A stretch of DNA of 64,000 bases from Camelus dromedarius. Its lineage: Eukaryota. The DNA is taken from assembly GCF_036321535.1 (NCBI RefSeq), contig NC_087437.1:46440001-46504000 (forward strand). The letters are read 5' to 3'. Below are positions 1 to 12,369 of the stretch, in pieces. A model generated the notes under the pieces. The model had not been told where the DNA came from, did not search any database, and worked only from the letters and a program-made list of their open reading frames with translations. Every line of letters begins with the position of its first letter. The stretch's first letter is position 1. The translations under genes were made by a program, and so were the position numbers.

Positions 1-399
1 CTCTCAAAGATAAAGGGAGGCACTGAGGATGGCAGTAGCTCAAGTCCAACAAGCTCACAGAATTCTTCCTTCCCCTTCCCAAGATTTTAAAGCGAAAATT
101 ATCCTATGAATATAGGTGATATGAGAGGGAAGGGGAGAAGTGGTGATTTTTTAAAACATAAACTGGATGTCATTTTTCTCTACAGAACCAAGTAACTTTT
201 TCATATATTAGTGAATACATTTTCTCAATCTCCTCATGACATCTGTGCCTTCCTTTCCATGACATTTAATAGTTCACTGCTGGATAGATGATTAAATTTT
301 CCACTGTGCAAATCAACAGTTCCTGTTTCTTTCCTCTCTCCTCCATCCTTTTTCTGTCCGATAGACTTATCTTCCCTATATTCCTGGAATAGACTTTCC

Positions 400-530
400 A
401 AGTTTTGGGCTGCTGTTCATGGTGTCTGCATTTTCCAGGAATGCTCAGTTCTTTCCTCTTTACCTACTGAAATCCTTCCTATCCTTTGAGGCATATTTCA
501 AATATCACCTCCTCTAATGAGGTTCTTTAC
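400..530 (+). mobile_element. L2 LINE fragment (degenerate)
   Basis: 'tccttcctatcctttgaggcatatttcaaatatcacctcctctaatgagg' resembles the L2 3' region; boundaries approximate. Confidence 0.55.
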
Positions 531-1684
531 ACAAAATACGCCTCCAATGAAGAGTCACTGATAAATTTTCTTGGTTATTCTTGCCATAGTTAATGGTTTT
601 TTACTTTTCCAAAATAGATGGACTTCCCATTTAATTTCAGTCTCTTATAACTCTCATTCCAACTCTTTCTTCCAGTTTATGAGTTGTACCCCATGAGTGT
701 GATCTTTGCAGTCAAGGGCTCTCTCTCTGTACTCTCCTTAATCTTTCTCTGACTACATGACTGTTCTCTCTACTCCAAAGCTGCGTTTGGAGATATCACT
801 GCCTTTGCCTTTGAAATCCTCTGTCTAGCACATTCTCTCAGTTTCCTCTTACTCTATTTTTGTGGTTTCAATCCTAGCGCACAGCACAGTTACTTTTATT
901 ATGGTATCCTCTTTTCAACATTTCTTCCCCTCCCAGTCCTTCTGCAAAGTTCATCTTCAAGACTTGTTTCTCCTCCTTAAGTCACTTTTCTTCCCAACTG
1001 TCGATCTTGTGTCCAGCTTACCCTAGTGGAGTGTGCTTCTGAAACAGCGCCTTTCTCTCTCTCTCACCTTCAGACAGCTGGACAGTTAATGTTCCTAGCC
1101 CTGGTTTTGTCTTCTAAAAGCTTGTGCTGCTTCTTGGGAATACACGGGCCACATGTTCCCAGTGGCCTGTCTCCTCCCTCAGGCCTCATACTAATGGAAT
1201 TAGGATTGACACCCACCCTCAGAGGAGCCGCACAGGAGTCAGAGCCTGGGGCAAAGCATGGGTTCAGCTCTGTCTCAGACTCATTGCCATGCAGCTGCTC
1301 CCCTTCATCCACTGTGAGTCCCCGGTACCACCTGCCCAGACCACCGCCCACCCAGGGTCTTAACCACTTAACGAGTTAATTTTTTATTCTGAATTGTCCT
1401 TTTGTTTCCTGATGCCTCTCTGAGTTGTTCATTGACATCTTGTTTGCCCTTCTTTCTGCCTGACTGCGGAAGCCTTGAGCTCTTCCTGTTTCCCCTCTCC
1501 TTTGGACTGAAGCCTTTGATTCTCAGACTGCTTGCCTGGGATACAGTCTCTCTCTGTCTGGTTGGTCTTCTTTCTAAGAATATGGTTTGCTCTTGCCTTT
1601 GCTATCCATTTAGTCCTTCGGGCCCTGCCTGACTCCCTGGGCCTCTGGCTTCCATTGCCAGTACAGATCCTCATCCCAGATCAA

Positions 1685-1800
1685 AATAATAACTGCATAT
1701 TGTGTACTTATTGTATACAAAGCATTGTGTGACTTGTGTCAGAGATATAAAAATGAATAATACAAGTACTGTCTCTCAAGGAATTTATGATCGAATGTAA
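1685..1800 (-). mobile_element. L2 3' end fragment
   Basis: 'tacttattgtatacaaagcattgtg...gatataaaaatgaataatacaagtactgtctctcaaggaatttatgatc' resembles the reverse complement of the L2 3' terminus. Confidence 0.6.
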
Positions 1801-1875
1801 GGCCAATTTATTTGTAAAGGGCAGACTGGGATGAATTACCTAAGTGAGATTCAGGAAAGTGAAAGATGAAGTTCG

Positions 1876-1895
1876 GTGTGTGTGTGTGTGTGTGT
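1876..1895. repeat. (GT)10 microsatellite
   Basis: Read directly. Confidence 0.95.
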
Positions 1896-2289
1896 TGTGG
1901 GCAGGGTGGTGGTGATCGGGGCAGTTTGCTTGGAGGAGGTGTGTGTGGGACTGATTTGAAGACGGGTAGGGCCATAACCAAGGGGATACATGTCTGGACA
2001 AAGAGTGGTGTTAAATTTGTCTAGACTTGTTGTAGTGTTACTCAACAGGGAAATAGTACTGTTTCACGGAAGTCACTGCTTCTGTGAGTGTGTGGTGCCT
2101 GGGCTGTTAAATATCCTGCTCAGTAAATGACATTGTGACCTCCAGTCACTGAGGCAAACCAACACAACTCTGACACTATTTCCAAATGCCGTGGCGGTGG
2201 TACCAGCCTCCTAGGCAAACCCCTCAACCTTGGAGTCATATGAGAAAATCCAGAAAGATCTGCTGATCTGTGAAGTATTGCCTAAGTAG

Positions 2290-2700
2290 GATTCAGTGGT
2301 AAGACAGTGAAGGTCTTTGAGCATGGGTGACAGACTCTGAGATACTCTTTGGAGAGAATTAGAATATTACTTCGGCAGTGAAATGGACAGCGGCACACAG
2401 GAGAGTCTGGATTGGGAGGTGGCGGGAGGGGAGAGTTAGGAGGCTGCTGAATAATTCAAAGAAGGGATGATAATGAATTTGTTGGATACAGCCTAGAGTC
2501 TCCTTCACTGGGTAAGGCCACAAGTTCAATGTGAGGGTCAAGGGAAAACTTAAGTTGACAGTGACCCCCAGGTTTTGAACCTGATGGTTAGGAGCATGGA
2601 GGCACCATACACAGGAATAGGGAGATCAGAAAGGGGACGTGGTTTCAGGGCAAGATGATGGGTTCAGTTAGGAGCCTGTTGTGTTTGTGCAGCCCAGGGG
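2290..2700 (-). mobile_element. L2 LINE fragment
   Basis: Purine-rich L2 antisense motifs 'gagttaggaggctgctgaataattcaa', 'gtgacccccaggttttgaacctg', 'gatgatgggttcagtt'. Confidence 0.65.
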
Positions 2701-4109
2701 GTTAGTGAGTGACTGGAGTGGTGCCACCAAAGACCAGAAGCTACTTAATGAAAATGAATGATGCTACTTGAAAGACTATTTTTTAAGGTCTTTGAAACAA
2801 ATTGTTTCTTAAATAAGCCCATCACACACAGCTACCTTCTAGTCACTTTGCCTCAACCACCCTCCTCATCTCTTTTCTCTTTCTTTCTTTCTTTGTTTCA
2901 CATACAACATTGAACATAAGTAAATTTCATCCTAGTTCAGGTCAAAATGCTCCCCAAATCAAAATTAGCAATTTTAATTAGTGAAAGATTGAGCTTTTAA
3001 GTAAAGTATTAAGTAATAGATGTACCAAGAATGAACTAAAAAAGATGCAAGCTTTTCTTACTGATTTCAGCTTTATTCCCTGGTGTCTCTCACTGAGGGA
3101 AGGTCATGAGCAACAAGACACCAGCACATTGGATCCAGAATTGCTAAAGTAAGTTTTCTCCTCCGGCAGAGTCCCTGAGGACACTGAATCCGGCTGAGCT
3201 GTTCAGGGTTTCATATTCTTCCCCTAAGTAAATTAAATCAGGAGCACATCTCATCACAGAGACCCACAGAAAAAAGCCTGCTATACCTTCTTGGCAAGCA
3301 GTGCTTGAAATGGAGCTTTTAGAAATGCTAAAAGCCTGCCTCCTCCAGCCATCTGTGTTTGGCTGGTCCAGCTGCATCCACGGTGGGGGTGGGGGACAGG
3401 GCCATGGTGGCAAATTTCATCCACGTGTGAGCCAAACTGACTGAGTCCAAGGGGACTCCTTTCAACAATTTTTCTCTTTTGCTCAGTAACTTGATGCAAT
3501 TCTTCCCCGAAGCAGCCATGGATCCTACTAGATATTTGCGTGGCAAGAGTGGCTGTCTAACCTCTTCCTCCCAACTTTGAAAGTGCTTTAAATGTGAGGG
3601 TAAATAAATACAAATAGGAATGTGTTGGGAAGATACAGTAGGGAAGCCTTCTGTGGCTCTGCGAGCAGATACAAATGCTGGCTTAATTAGAAAATCAATC
3701 TTGCTGTCCAGCTGATTGATTGCAGTCCTCCTCTAGAGGTGGGAAAGAGAGTCGAGTCATGACGAGATAATTTTTTCCTATTACTAAAAGGAGGCCTAAT
3801 GTACATCTCTAAGCAATTCAGCGTGAAGAGCTTGTTAAAAACACACCACCTTTTCCCTCTTGTTAATTGAATCTTTGGGGGAAGGGAGGAGGACTAACAG
3901 AGTTTGTATTTGTGAAAACTCTTACTATTTTTTTTCCTAAGGATGCCTGAATTCTGAGAGATTATTTAATAACTTTCTTCAAAGAAATGGAACATTTTTA
4001 TAGGGAGGAAGATGGACACCTGCTCACTACATCCGTAGAGCACTGCTTTAAGAGGCAGGGTTTATATTGCTGGAGCAAAGAATTTACCTGTTTGATGGTC
4101 AGTTCACAC

Positions 4110-4290
4110 TTCTTGGTGTGTGCACTGTTCTCACCAAAACACACTGTGAGGATAAGGGTCAGATGTTATTTTATTTGCTCGGATGAGAAAATAGGCTCTG
4201 AGAGTTTAGCCTGACCAAGGCCACCTGGTAGCGAAACAGAGGAGCCTGGAAGAAAGGCAGTCTGCCCTCCAGGCCTTTGCATTTCTCACA
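4110..4290 (-). mobile_element. MIR SINE
   Basis: Antisense MIR core 'gatgagaaaataggctctgagagttt...ccaaggccacctgg'. Confidence 0.65.
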
Positions 4291-5490
4291 TACTGCTTGT
4301 CTTCTTAAGAAAGTCAGTGAAGGTAGCTGATCTATTTATGTTTTGTTTCTCTTTCATCCTGTTGGTTCTGTGGTCAGATCTGCTTTTCATGCCCCACCCT
4401 GCACACATCCTTAATCCAGAACATAAGTCTGGATAGAATAGCGTTCTCACACTTCTGATTTGCATTTGTTACCCTTAAGTCTTGGAAATGCAAAGCATTC
4501 TTGCCTAAGTTGTGGGGTGCCACCGACTGTCTCTCTGTTGCTTTAACTCTTCTCCTTCATTTGTCATTTTGCAAATCTGTATAATGATGCAGCTGCAGCT
4601 CTCCTCCACTGTGAATGATCTCTGCTGATATTTTTTTCCAGGAAAAAAGCCTCTTTGAAAACGTCTGCTGCACCTAAGGTTGGAGTGATGTTAGAAATGT
4701 TCCTGGCTTAAAAGATACCAAGAAAAAAGAATCCAGGTTTAAGAGATCCTGGAAGAATATCCCCCACTGCTCAGAAATCCTTTCCTCGGGTTCTTTCCTG
4801 TCCCTCAGTACCTCTGTTATTCCCCATGCTTTCACCCCAGACCCTCCCCAAACCCACATTGGCTCTTAATCTTGAGCTAAAAAGTTTTCACTCTCATTTC
4901 AGAGATGTTTTACAATTCAACCATTTCATGCACTCTTACATGTGGATTACATTTGTACTATTTAATCATTTCCAAAAAGCCTACAGCCAAGACCAAGCTT
5001 ATTAGTGAGATGGAACCTGCATTCTTTGGGCAGTGTTTATCTCAGACTTCATTTTATGAGGAACATAGTGCAGCTTGGTTATTAAAATCAAGAGCGTTTG
5101 TCGCAATGGTCAAAGATGGTAAGAATAATGAAATTAAGCAAGTAGTTTCAAGATCTTATTTTCTCATTGTGGGTATTCACTTCAGAATAATGAACTTACA
5201 TATTATATATTGCTACAATTATGGAAATCTTAAAAAATAAACCCAGAGAAGACATCAGCAATCATTTTATCAAATCCAACTCACTAAAAAGAAAAAAAGA
5301 GGGGACATGACTTCTCAGATCATGTACATGGAAATCTCTGACCTACAAAGGAAACATATATTTTATAAGGAGTATTTATTTGAGGCATCTATGTTTTCTC
5401 CACTCTGTGATCCTCTAGGTGTGGTGCTTAAGGGCAGTGAAATGAGTATTGGAAGCAGAAGGAAGAATGACTAACCCTGAGGCCTTTAAG

Positions 5491-5492
<2 letters not shown>

Positions 5493-5544
<52 letters not shown>
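5493..5544. repeat. (GT)26 microsatellite followed by a short (GA)n
   Basis: Read directly; it produces the THTHTH ORFs in the ORF track. Confidence 0.97.
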
Positions 5545-5547
<3 letters not shown>

Positions 5548-5686
5548 AGAGAGAGAGAATTCAAGGAGAACAGTAACATTTCTATATAAATATTCTGTAC
5601 ATTGTGGACTTCTACCACTGCTGTGTGGAACACAATTCACATATTTTTGGGTAGAGTATAATTGTTATGATGTTATTTCCTAAGTC

Positions 5687-5772
5687 AAAGGTCATACAAT
5701 TCAACCTAATTTATAAATTTATACAATTCAACCTAATTTATAAAAGGTCATACAATTCAACCTGATTTATAA
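5687..5772. repeat. Three-copy 27-30 bp tandem repeat inside a MIR remnant
   Basis: Core 'atacaattcaacct(a/g)atttataa' occurs three times, followed by MIR-like 'aactgaggctagag...gaggtcacatag'. Confidence 0.9.
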
Positions 5773-6864
5773 CTGAGGCTAGAGACTGTAGATCATTTCC
5801 CCGAGGTCACATAGTGACCTTGTGTGTGTATTTCTGAATACAGAAATAAAAATGTGGGAAAAAGAAACATAATATTTGACTTTGACATTGGCTTAAAAAT
5901 ATATTGTCTATGGTTTTATGTATAAAAGTCAATTGTTAAGCCATAGATAAAGAGTAAGCTGAAAACGGGTAATGGTTTGGTTTCATTTGCTCTGAGGTTG
6001 GTAAAATTCATGAAATACAGCTAATTCTTAGAAAAATTTCTCCTTTAAGTATTGAGATATTAAAAATATTTAAAATGTACTAGAATTCTGAGATAAATTC
6101 GCCACAGATTTATGACACAATAATGTTTTCAAATGCTCTAAAATTTCATGGGTGGCTTCACATTTCAGTAATATTTCTTTACATACAGAAAGGTCCGTGG
6201 AAAGTCTTGAGATAGATTCCTACCTTAAGCTTTTCCCTCACCCTCTCTGCTTTGGTTTTGAGAGACATTTGGAGTCCACTCACTTTGTGTTATCAGTGAC
6301 CTCGTGAACACACTTAAGGTAAAAATGATGACAGAATTGAATTGCAGTATTTGAGCCTTAGAAGGTGGGGTTTGGCAAAAGTGTAGCCTATTGGAGAACA
6401 AAACTGGATGGCTTTAGGAATCCCTAATAACCCCTGCATGGTCTGCTGGTTGAAAAAGAGTCTGAGGCCAGTCTTGCTTAGGAAATATTTGTTAACGTTC
6501 TTGGAACTGACAAGAGGTCCTTTTGGTTAGACTGGCATTTTCTCCATTTGTGGTTTTCTGTTTATTTCTAAGTAATTCCAGATAACAATGGTAAGTCAAA
6601 AAATCAGGCAACAAACCCTTTGAGTGTGCTAGTTTAATGCAAATATAATTGGTATTATGTTGAAAGAATGTAGATCATTCAGGAAAAATAAAATGAGGAT
6701 TAAACATTTCCACAACATCTTTTATCTCAGATGCAACTCAGTCCCCAGTCCTCTCCCAAATTCCATTTGCAATGCTTTGTTGTGTGACTTGGAAAATTAC
6801 TAGAAAGATCTATGGAAGTGTCATGTACTAGATAACTGCTGTGGATGGCCAGGTACTTACGTTT

Positions 6865-7062
6865 ATTTTTTCAATGACTCTTTCCCGTCACCAGTGAGTG
6901 AGGAAGGAGAGACATCACTGCTCCCGTTTCGCAAACAAGTTCACAGAGATGTGAATAACACATCCAGTATATATGAATAGCACGTGTCATCAGGATTTGA
7001 CCCAAAGATTGCTCGATTCCAAAGCCCAGCCTCTTTTCACTTTTTACCATACCACTCTGCCT
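6865..7062 (-). mobile_element. MIR SINE
   Basis: 'caggatttgacccaaagattgctcgattccaaagcccagcctctttt...accataccac' matches the antisense tRNA-derived MIR head. Confidence 0.7.
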
Positions 7063-8099
7063 TTCATGAACATTTTTAGTGACTGTTCTATACTTGCCTC
7101 CTCCTTTTAGAAGAATGAGTGTAAGACTCTGTAACGATTTGGATAGGAGAGTAACATTGAGTAGGCAAGGTAAGATTGAGCCATTTATAGGCTCAACTAG
7201 GGATTTCATAAATAGCTACAATTGACAGATTTCAACTGTGGCCAGATGGCAGTTTTGGCTAGGAACAGCTCGATTCCTCGAAGGTAATTCTCTGGTACCA
7301 GTGTTGGTCTCTTCCACACTTGTTTGGGCTGGCTCAGCATGAAGTAAGATGGGGAGGATTCGTCTGGCTTGGTGTGAATCTCAGTATTTCACAGTGTCAG
7401 AAGTGAAGTGAAAGGAAAAGTAATAGACGTTGTCTGTTCTTTCCTCTTTCTAAAAATATTGCCACAAAGGGACCTGGAGTGCAGGTTGAAGAGAAATACA
7501 CCTGAAATTCCCGTCTTCTCTCAGGGATTATTGATACTTGCTGCCAGCACAGACTCAACTTATTTTGAGATCAGGTATACCGTTGGTAAATGAATTATAC
7601 TTTAGGCTTGAATTAAACTCATTTTTCCTTCCAAACTGTCCCAAATCTAATTGACCAGGCAACTCTCCACTTTGTATTCTTGTTTATTTGGAGAAAATAT
7701 AGTCCATATGTTTCACATTCATTTATACTTAACTCATCAAAATGCTACTTGGCAATTGGTATTTGATCTCTCCTAGAAGATTCTTGAGGTGCTTTTGATA
7801 AGATTTAGTTCTTATAATCAGGAAATAATATTATGTCTGGAGAGAAACAAAGTTCCCAAAGGGCTCTAGGTCAGTTCAAAGCTCCATTCAAAATGGGTTA
7901 TGGAAGGCTGAGTTTAGAAGAGTGCTTTTGTACAATTCACTGCCCTCCAAAACTGCCAGTAGAGATTGCTGGGTAAGGGATTGCTGGATTCCTCAAACAG
8001 TTTGGTTTAATGTCTATTGTCTAGCTAGAAATGAACAGATTGATAGATAACTATTTACCAAAATGTGTAATAACATGTTTTAAACATTATGAGCTCTGA

Positions 8100-8980
8100 A
8101 TATATAGTGGAACATTAAAGATTTGTCTACATAAAAATTAAAAGCAAATGACTGACTGGTAAGTAATATTGGCAACAAATGTGCCAAGGGCTATTATATT
8201 TAACAAATGAAAAAATATATTTGAAAATAATAATGTAAATATCCCACTAGAAAAATAGATACAAGACAGAAGGAAACATACGTAAACACACACACACACA
8301 TATAAATGGAAAATTAACATATGCAAAAATATTTGGTTTTATTAATAGTCAAATGCATGCGAATTAAACCAACAATGAGATGTAATTTTTAAACTAGCAA
8401 AATGGCAAAATGATGTTGAAATATTAAATGCTGCTGAGAGTTTTTTAAATAATCTGCTGGCTGAATTGTAAACTGGTATAATTTTCCTAGAAATGCATTT
8501 AACAATATGAATCAACATTCTTAAGAAAGTTCATGTCCCTTCATGCAATAATTTTACTTCTAGGAATTCATCCAAAATTGTGGGCAAAGATTTATATGCA
8601 AAAGTATTTACTGCATTGCTATTTTTAACATTGAAAATAAAGAAGCTAAATTTCTAATAATAGAATTAAATTATGGTTAAATAAATTAGGGTACATTACA
8701 TAAAGCATTATTCATTCACTAATGTCACGTTATAACATTTGGAACATGCTATTGTATAACTGAGAAAAAGCAGAAAACGAAACTCTACTATATGATCCCA
8801 ATATTGCAAAAACAAAATCAGACACACATATGTATGAAAAGACATATTTAAGAGAAACCAATTGTTATCAATGAGTAAATGACAGTATATATGATCTTAA
8901 TTTTATTCTTTATAATTTTCTGTATTTTACAAATAATGAGCATGTGTTAATTTCATAATCATAAAACATAATAAATATTG
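8100..8980 (+). mobile_element. L1ME-type LINE-1 (ORF2 C-terminal remnant and 3' UTR)
   Basis: 'gaattaaaccaacaatgagatg', 'gaattgtaaactggtataattttcctagaa', 'ttttacttctaggaattcatcc' are typical of the old L1 ORF2 end. Confidence 0.8.
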
Positions 8981-9521
8981 CTTATAGTGACAGAATTCTT
9001 TAAATATCCAGTTCAAATTTCCAGATTTAGGTGGTAGAACTAACATATTGATCAAAAGCTGAAACGGTGCTTTTTGGGCAAGGGCTATTAAATAACTGGC
9101 TATTTTTTCTATCCTGTAGTCTGATGGCATTAGCATTTCCATCTTTGAAAAATAGTCTATGAATGAAATTTACTATTCTGTCTTCATATAAGACTGAGAA
9201 TCCAGAAGAAAAAGTATTCACTCTACTTTGTCAGTTAAAAAAAAAACAACCCATGATTCATATGAGAAGAGTTTTCTGATTTCTGAATATAACCTAGTTG
9301 GGAATTTCTTTAGATACCTTGCTCTTTAGCTTAAAGGGAAAATAATTTTTTGAATAAGCCAGTTATCTTAAAGAAAGCATCTTTTTGGAAGACACTTTTC
9401 CCATGAGTTTAAACTTGATTGGCTTGATTTATCTACCTTATTAGGTAGAAGAGAGTTTGCATACACAGCATAACAAGATATGGTTGAGGAACTGGAAACC
9501 TATTACAGACATAATCTAGTC

Positions 9522-9670
9522 TAGAGAAGCAGTGTGGGGTGAATTAAAACCTGGGGTTGCATCTTACTTCTGCCACCTCAGAGATCTGTGAGCTTGTTCC
9601 GTCTTGTTATAGCTCTCGTCTACCGCAAAGGGTTCTTGTGAGGAATACATGTAATAATATATGCAAATTG
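9522..9670 (+). mobile_element. MIR SINE (degenerate)
   Basis: 'ttctgccacct...gggttcttgtgaggaatacatgtaataatatatgcaaa'. Confidence 0.6.
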
Positions 9671-10484
9671 TTATTGTTATCATACAATCTGTGGATGGTG
9701 GTACTAGACATTAGGCTCTTGTCTTACCTTAATATTGATGAGTTGGATCTGAAGTCTCCTGATAGAAGTTATTGAACAGTCACTGAAGCTTGCAACCCAG
9801 GCCTTCACAAATGTCCCTAGAAGTTTTAATTTAATCCTAGGAAATATGGATGCTGTACATTTGTTTGCTGGTAACTGTACTCTTTAATCACTCTGAAGGC
9901 CACCCAAATCAAGTATTCTTTGAAATATATTTGTTTCTTATGTATTTACAGCAAACTATAAAAGAAATGAACCATAAGCCACACATCTGTTTATTTTATA
10001 ACCACATCATGTCTGTGTGCACCTTAATTTAAAAATAAATCAGCCAATTGGAACGTAACATTTGTGAAGAATGCTGTATGTGCCCTTTCATAATTTCGAA
10101 AAGTTGGGAAGGAGACTATTCTGGATCAAGAAGTGCAGTGGAGAAATCATGTTCTCAGTTGGAGGGGCTCTTAGCTGACGGGCTTGCCGAGAGAGACTGT
10201 CATAGGAAAGTGGAGTCTGCCTTTGGAGAAGGCAGTTGGCAACTATGTGTTATAACAGCCCCACAATAAGATTTTAAACTCCAGGCAGTAGATGTTAGAC
10301 AGCCCAGGCCAAGGAAAATTAAGAGTTACCAGTTTAAATCCATGAAGTGACAAAGATGTTTCTGGAAAAAACATTTAACATTTTTTCCTTAATAGCAGAC
10401 TGGGAAAAAATGAAGGTCAGGGGCTCTTATAGACACTGAGGCAGACCAGCTGTAGAGGGAAAACCAGGACCTCTTGCTGCTGAG

Positions 10485-10980
10485 ACATTACTGCCAGAGA
10501 TATATACTCCGAGTCTAATCGTGAGAAAACATCAGGCAGACTCAAATTGAGGGACATCTACAAATAACTGGCATGCAGTTCTCAAAAGTGTCAAGGAGTT
10601 GGGTGCTGCAGAAAGACTAAGGAACTACTCCATATTGAAGGAGACTAGAGACACAAGGAACTAAATGTTTAAGTCTGCACTGGATACTTTTGCTATAAAG
10701 AATATTATTGGGACAGTTGTTAAAAATTGAATGGGGTCTAATATTAGATGGTAATGATGTATCAATGTTAATTTCCTCATTTTGATGGTTTTATTACAGT
10801 TATGTAGAAGAATGTCCTTGTCTGGAGTAAATGTACTCTGGAGTAAATTTACAAAATTGTTGAGGGATTATATGGCATCATGTTGGTAAATTACTCTAAA
10901 ATGGTTCAGAAAAAAAGGCTTTTTAAACAGTATTTGCAACTTTTTTGTAATTCGGAAATTATCTCAAGATAAAAATTACT
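10485..10980 (+). mobile_element. L1MC4-like LINE-1 3' UTR
   Basis: 'tctaatcgtgagaaaacatcaggcagactcaaattgagggacatctacaaataactgg', 'gtatcaatgttaatttcctcattttgatgg'. Confidence 0.8.
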
Positions 10981-11084
10981 TTTAGTATGAAAAAAAGGAA
11001 TAAGAAGTTCTCCCTTTCTTCAGAGACGCCACTGTATAGTTGAAGGGCCAGGACAATAAAAATGAAGTCAGCAGAGTGGAGAGG

Positions 11085-11320
11085 GAGGCAGTCTGGTGAC
11101 ATGGTTCCCACCGTGGTCTCTGGAGCCAAATGGCCCATCTTCCACAGTAGCTCTTCCATTACCAGCCAGGAGACCTTAGTGGGGGTGACATAAAGTTTTA
11201 GGGCCTCAGTTTTCTCCTCTATAAAAAGGAGATGATAATAGTATAACCTCATTGGGTAATGTGACATTTATAGAGCACATGGCAAGTGCATAATAAATGA
11301 TAGAAGTTATATTATTATCA
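11085..11320 (+). mobile_element. MIR SINE
   Basis: Core 'gggcctcagttttctcctctataaaaggagatgataatag'. Confidence 0.8.
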
Positions 11321-11334
11321 TTAGTTATTGGTGA

Positions 11335-11565
11335 TTAAGCTCATGGTTATTAGTTGTCAGACGAGAGCTGCATCTAATTTCTGGCTCTGCCACTTTCTGT
11401 GTGACCTTGAGCAAGTTACTCATTTTTCTAAGGCTTGGGTTCTCCGTTAAAAACAGAAATAATAATCATGCTAATAACAGCCAGTAACAGAGTGGGTATG
11501 AGAATTAAATAAGATAATGCAAAATGCTTAGCACATTGTAAGCATTTTATAAATGTGAGTTATTG
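11335..11565 (+). mobile_element. MIR SINE (second copy, adjacent to the previous one)
   Basis: 'ctggctctgccactttctgtgtgaccttgagcaagttact...gagaattaaataagataatgc'. Confidence 0.85.
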
Positions 11566-11569
11566 CCAC

Positions 11570-12365
11570 ATGAATACAAGATGAAATATAATGAGTTCTA
11601 GAAGGGAAATAAAAAGCATGTGGCAATTCTGAGGAGAAGGAAAAACCATCTAGGTGGAAGGAGAGGGGCGCACTAGGCTATAGAATTCTCTGGAACAATT
11701 GAGAGGATTGTACATGGTTAAGAGATGCTGAGGCTAGAAGCAAGGGCAGTGGCAGTAGGAAAGGGGAAAAAGGAATTCGGTGGTCAAGAGAAACGGGAGT
11801 CAACAGTGATCTCTCGGCATGAACAGAACATGTGCAGCCAAGAAGGAAAAGCCAGGGTGGAGAGAAGACATGGGATTAAAGTGTTCAGGGGATGCTGGCA
11901 GGCGACAAAATTGGCCCTAGAGAGAAATTTCTTCTCTAGAGAAAAGGAGCCTGGAGCGAGCATAGACACTGAGCTAACGAAGACTGTGAGTGGACGAGAC
12001 TTCCAAGGAAGACAGCTCCAGGGAGAGAAGGAAGGAGGAGTCAGGAGCAGAGCCTGGGAAAACACCTTCATTTAGGGAGGACGAGGGTGAGATGGGATGG
12101 AGGGGAGGAGAGGGAGGTGGTGAGTGAGTCAGGAAGGTGCTGGGTAAGAGGCAAGGGAGTAGCGTGGTTCCCAGAAAGAAGGCTGAAGGTTGAGAAGAAT
12201 AAAGACTGGGAGAAACTGGATTAGGTGGTTTAGCTGGTCCTTGCTGAGTTACAAGAAGGTAGAGTAGAAGCAGACTCCAAGGGGTTAAGTGGCAAGGAGG
12301 GTGTGTCTGAGTGAAGGGGCTGAAGTTGGAGGAAACTCCTTGAGGAAACACTAACACCCAGGCAG
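11570..12365 (-). mobile_element. Probable old L2 fragment (continues at about 13950-14290)
   Basis: Purine-rich stretch with L2 antisense-like motifs; highly diverged. Confidence 0.45.
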
Positions 12366-12369
12366 GCGT

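Noticed and set aside
5687..5772. CRISPR-like direct repeats
   Set aside because: The units are head-to-tail with no unique spacers, the context is eukaryotic, and there are no cas genes.
5804..5820. Estrogen response element
   Set aside because: The half-sites are spaced by 5 nt; a canonical ERE needs 3.
7526..7574. Possible short plus-strand exon (ttctctcag|GGATT...ATCAG|gtatac)
   Set aside because: Weak donor, unrecognised peptide and no partner exons.
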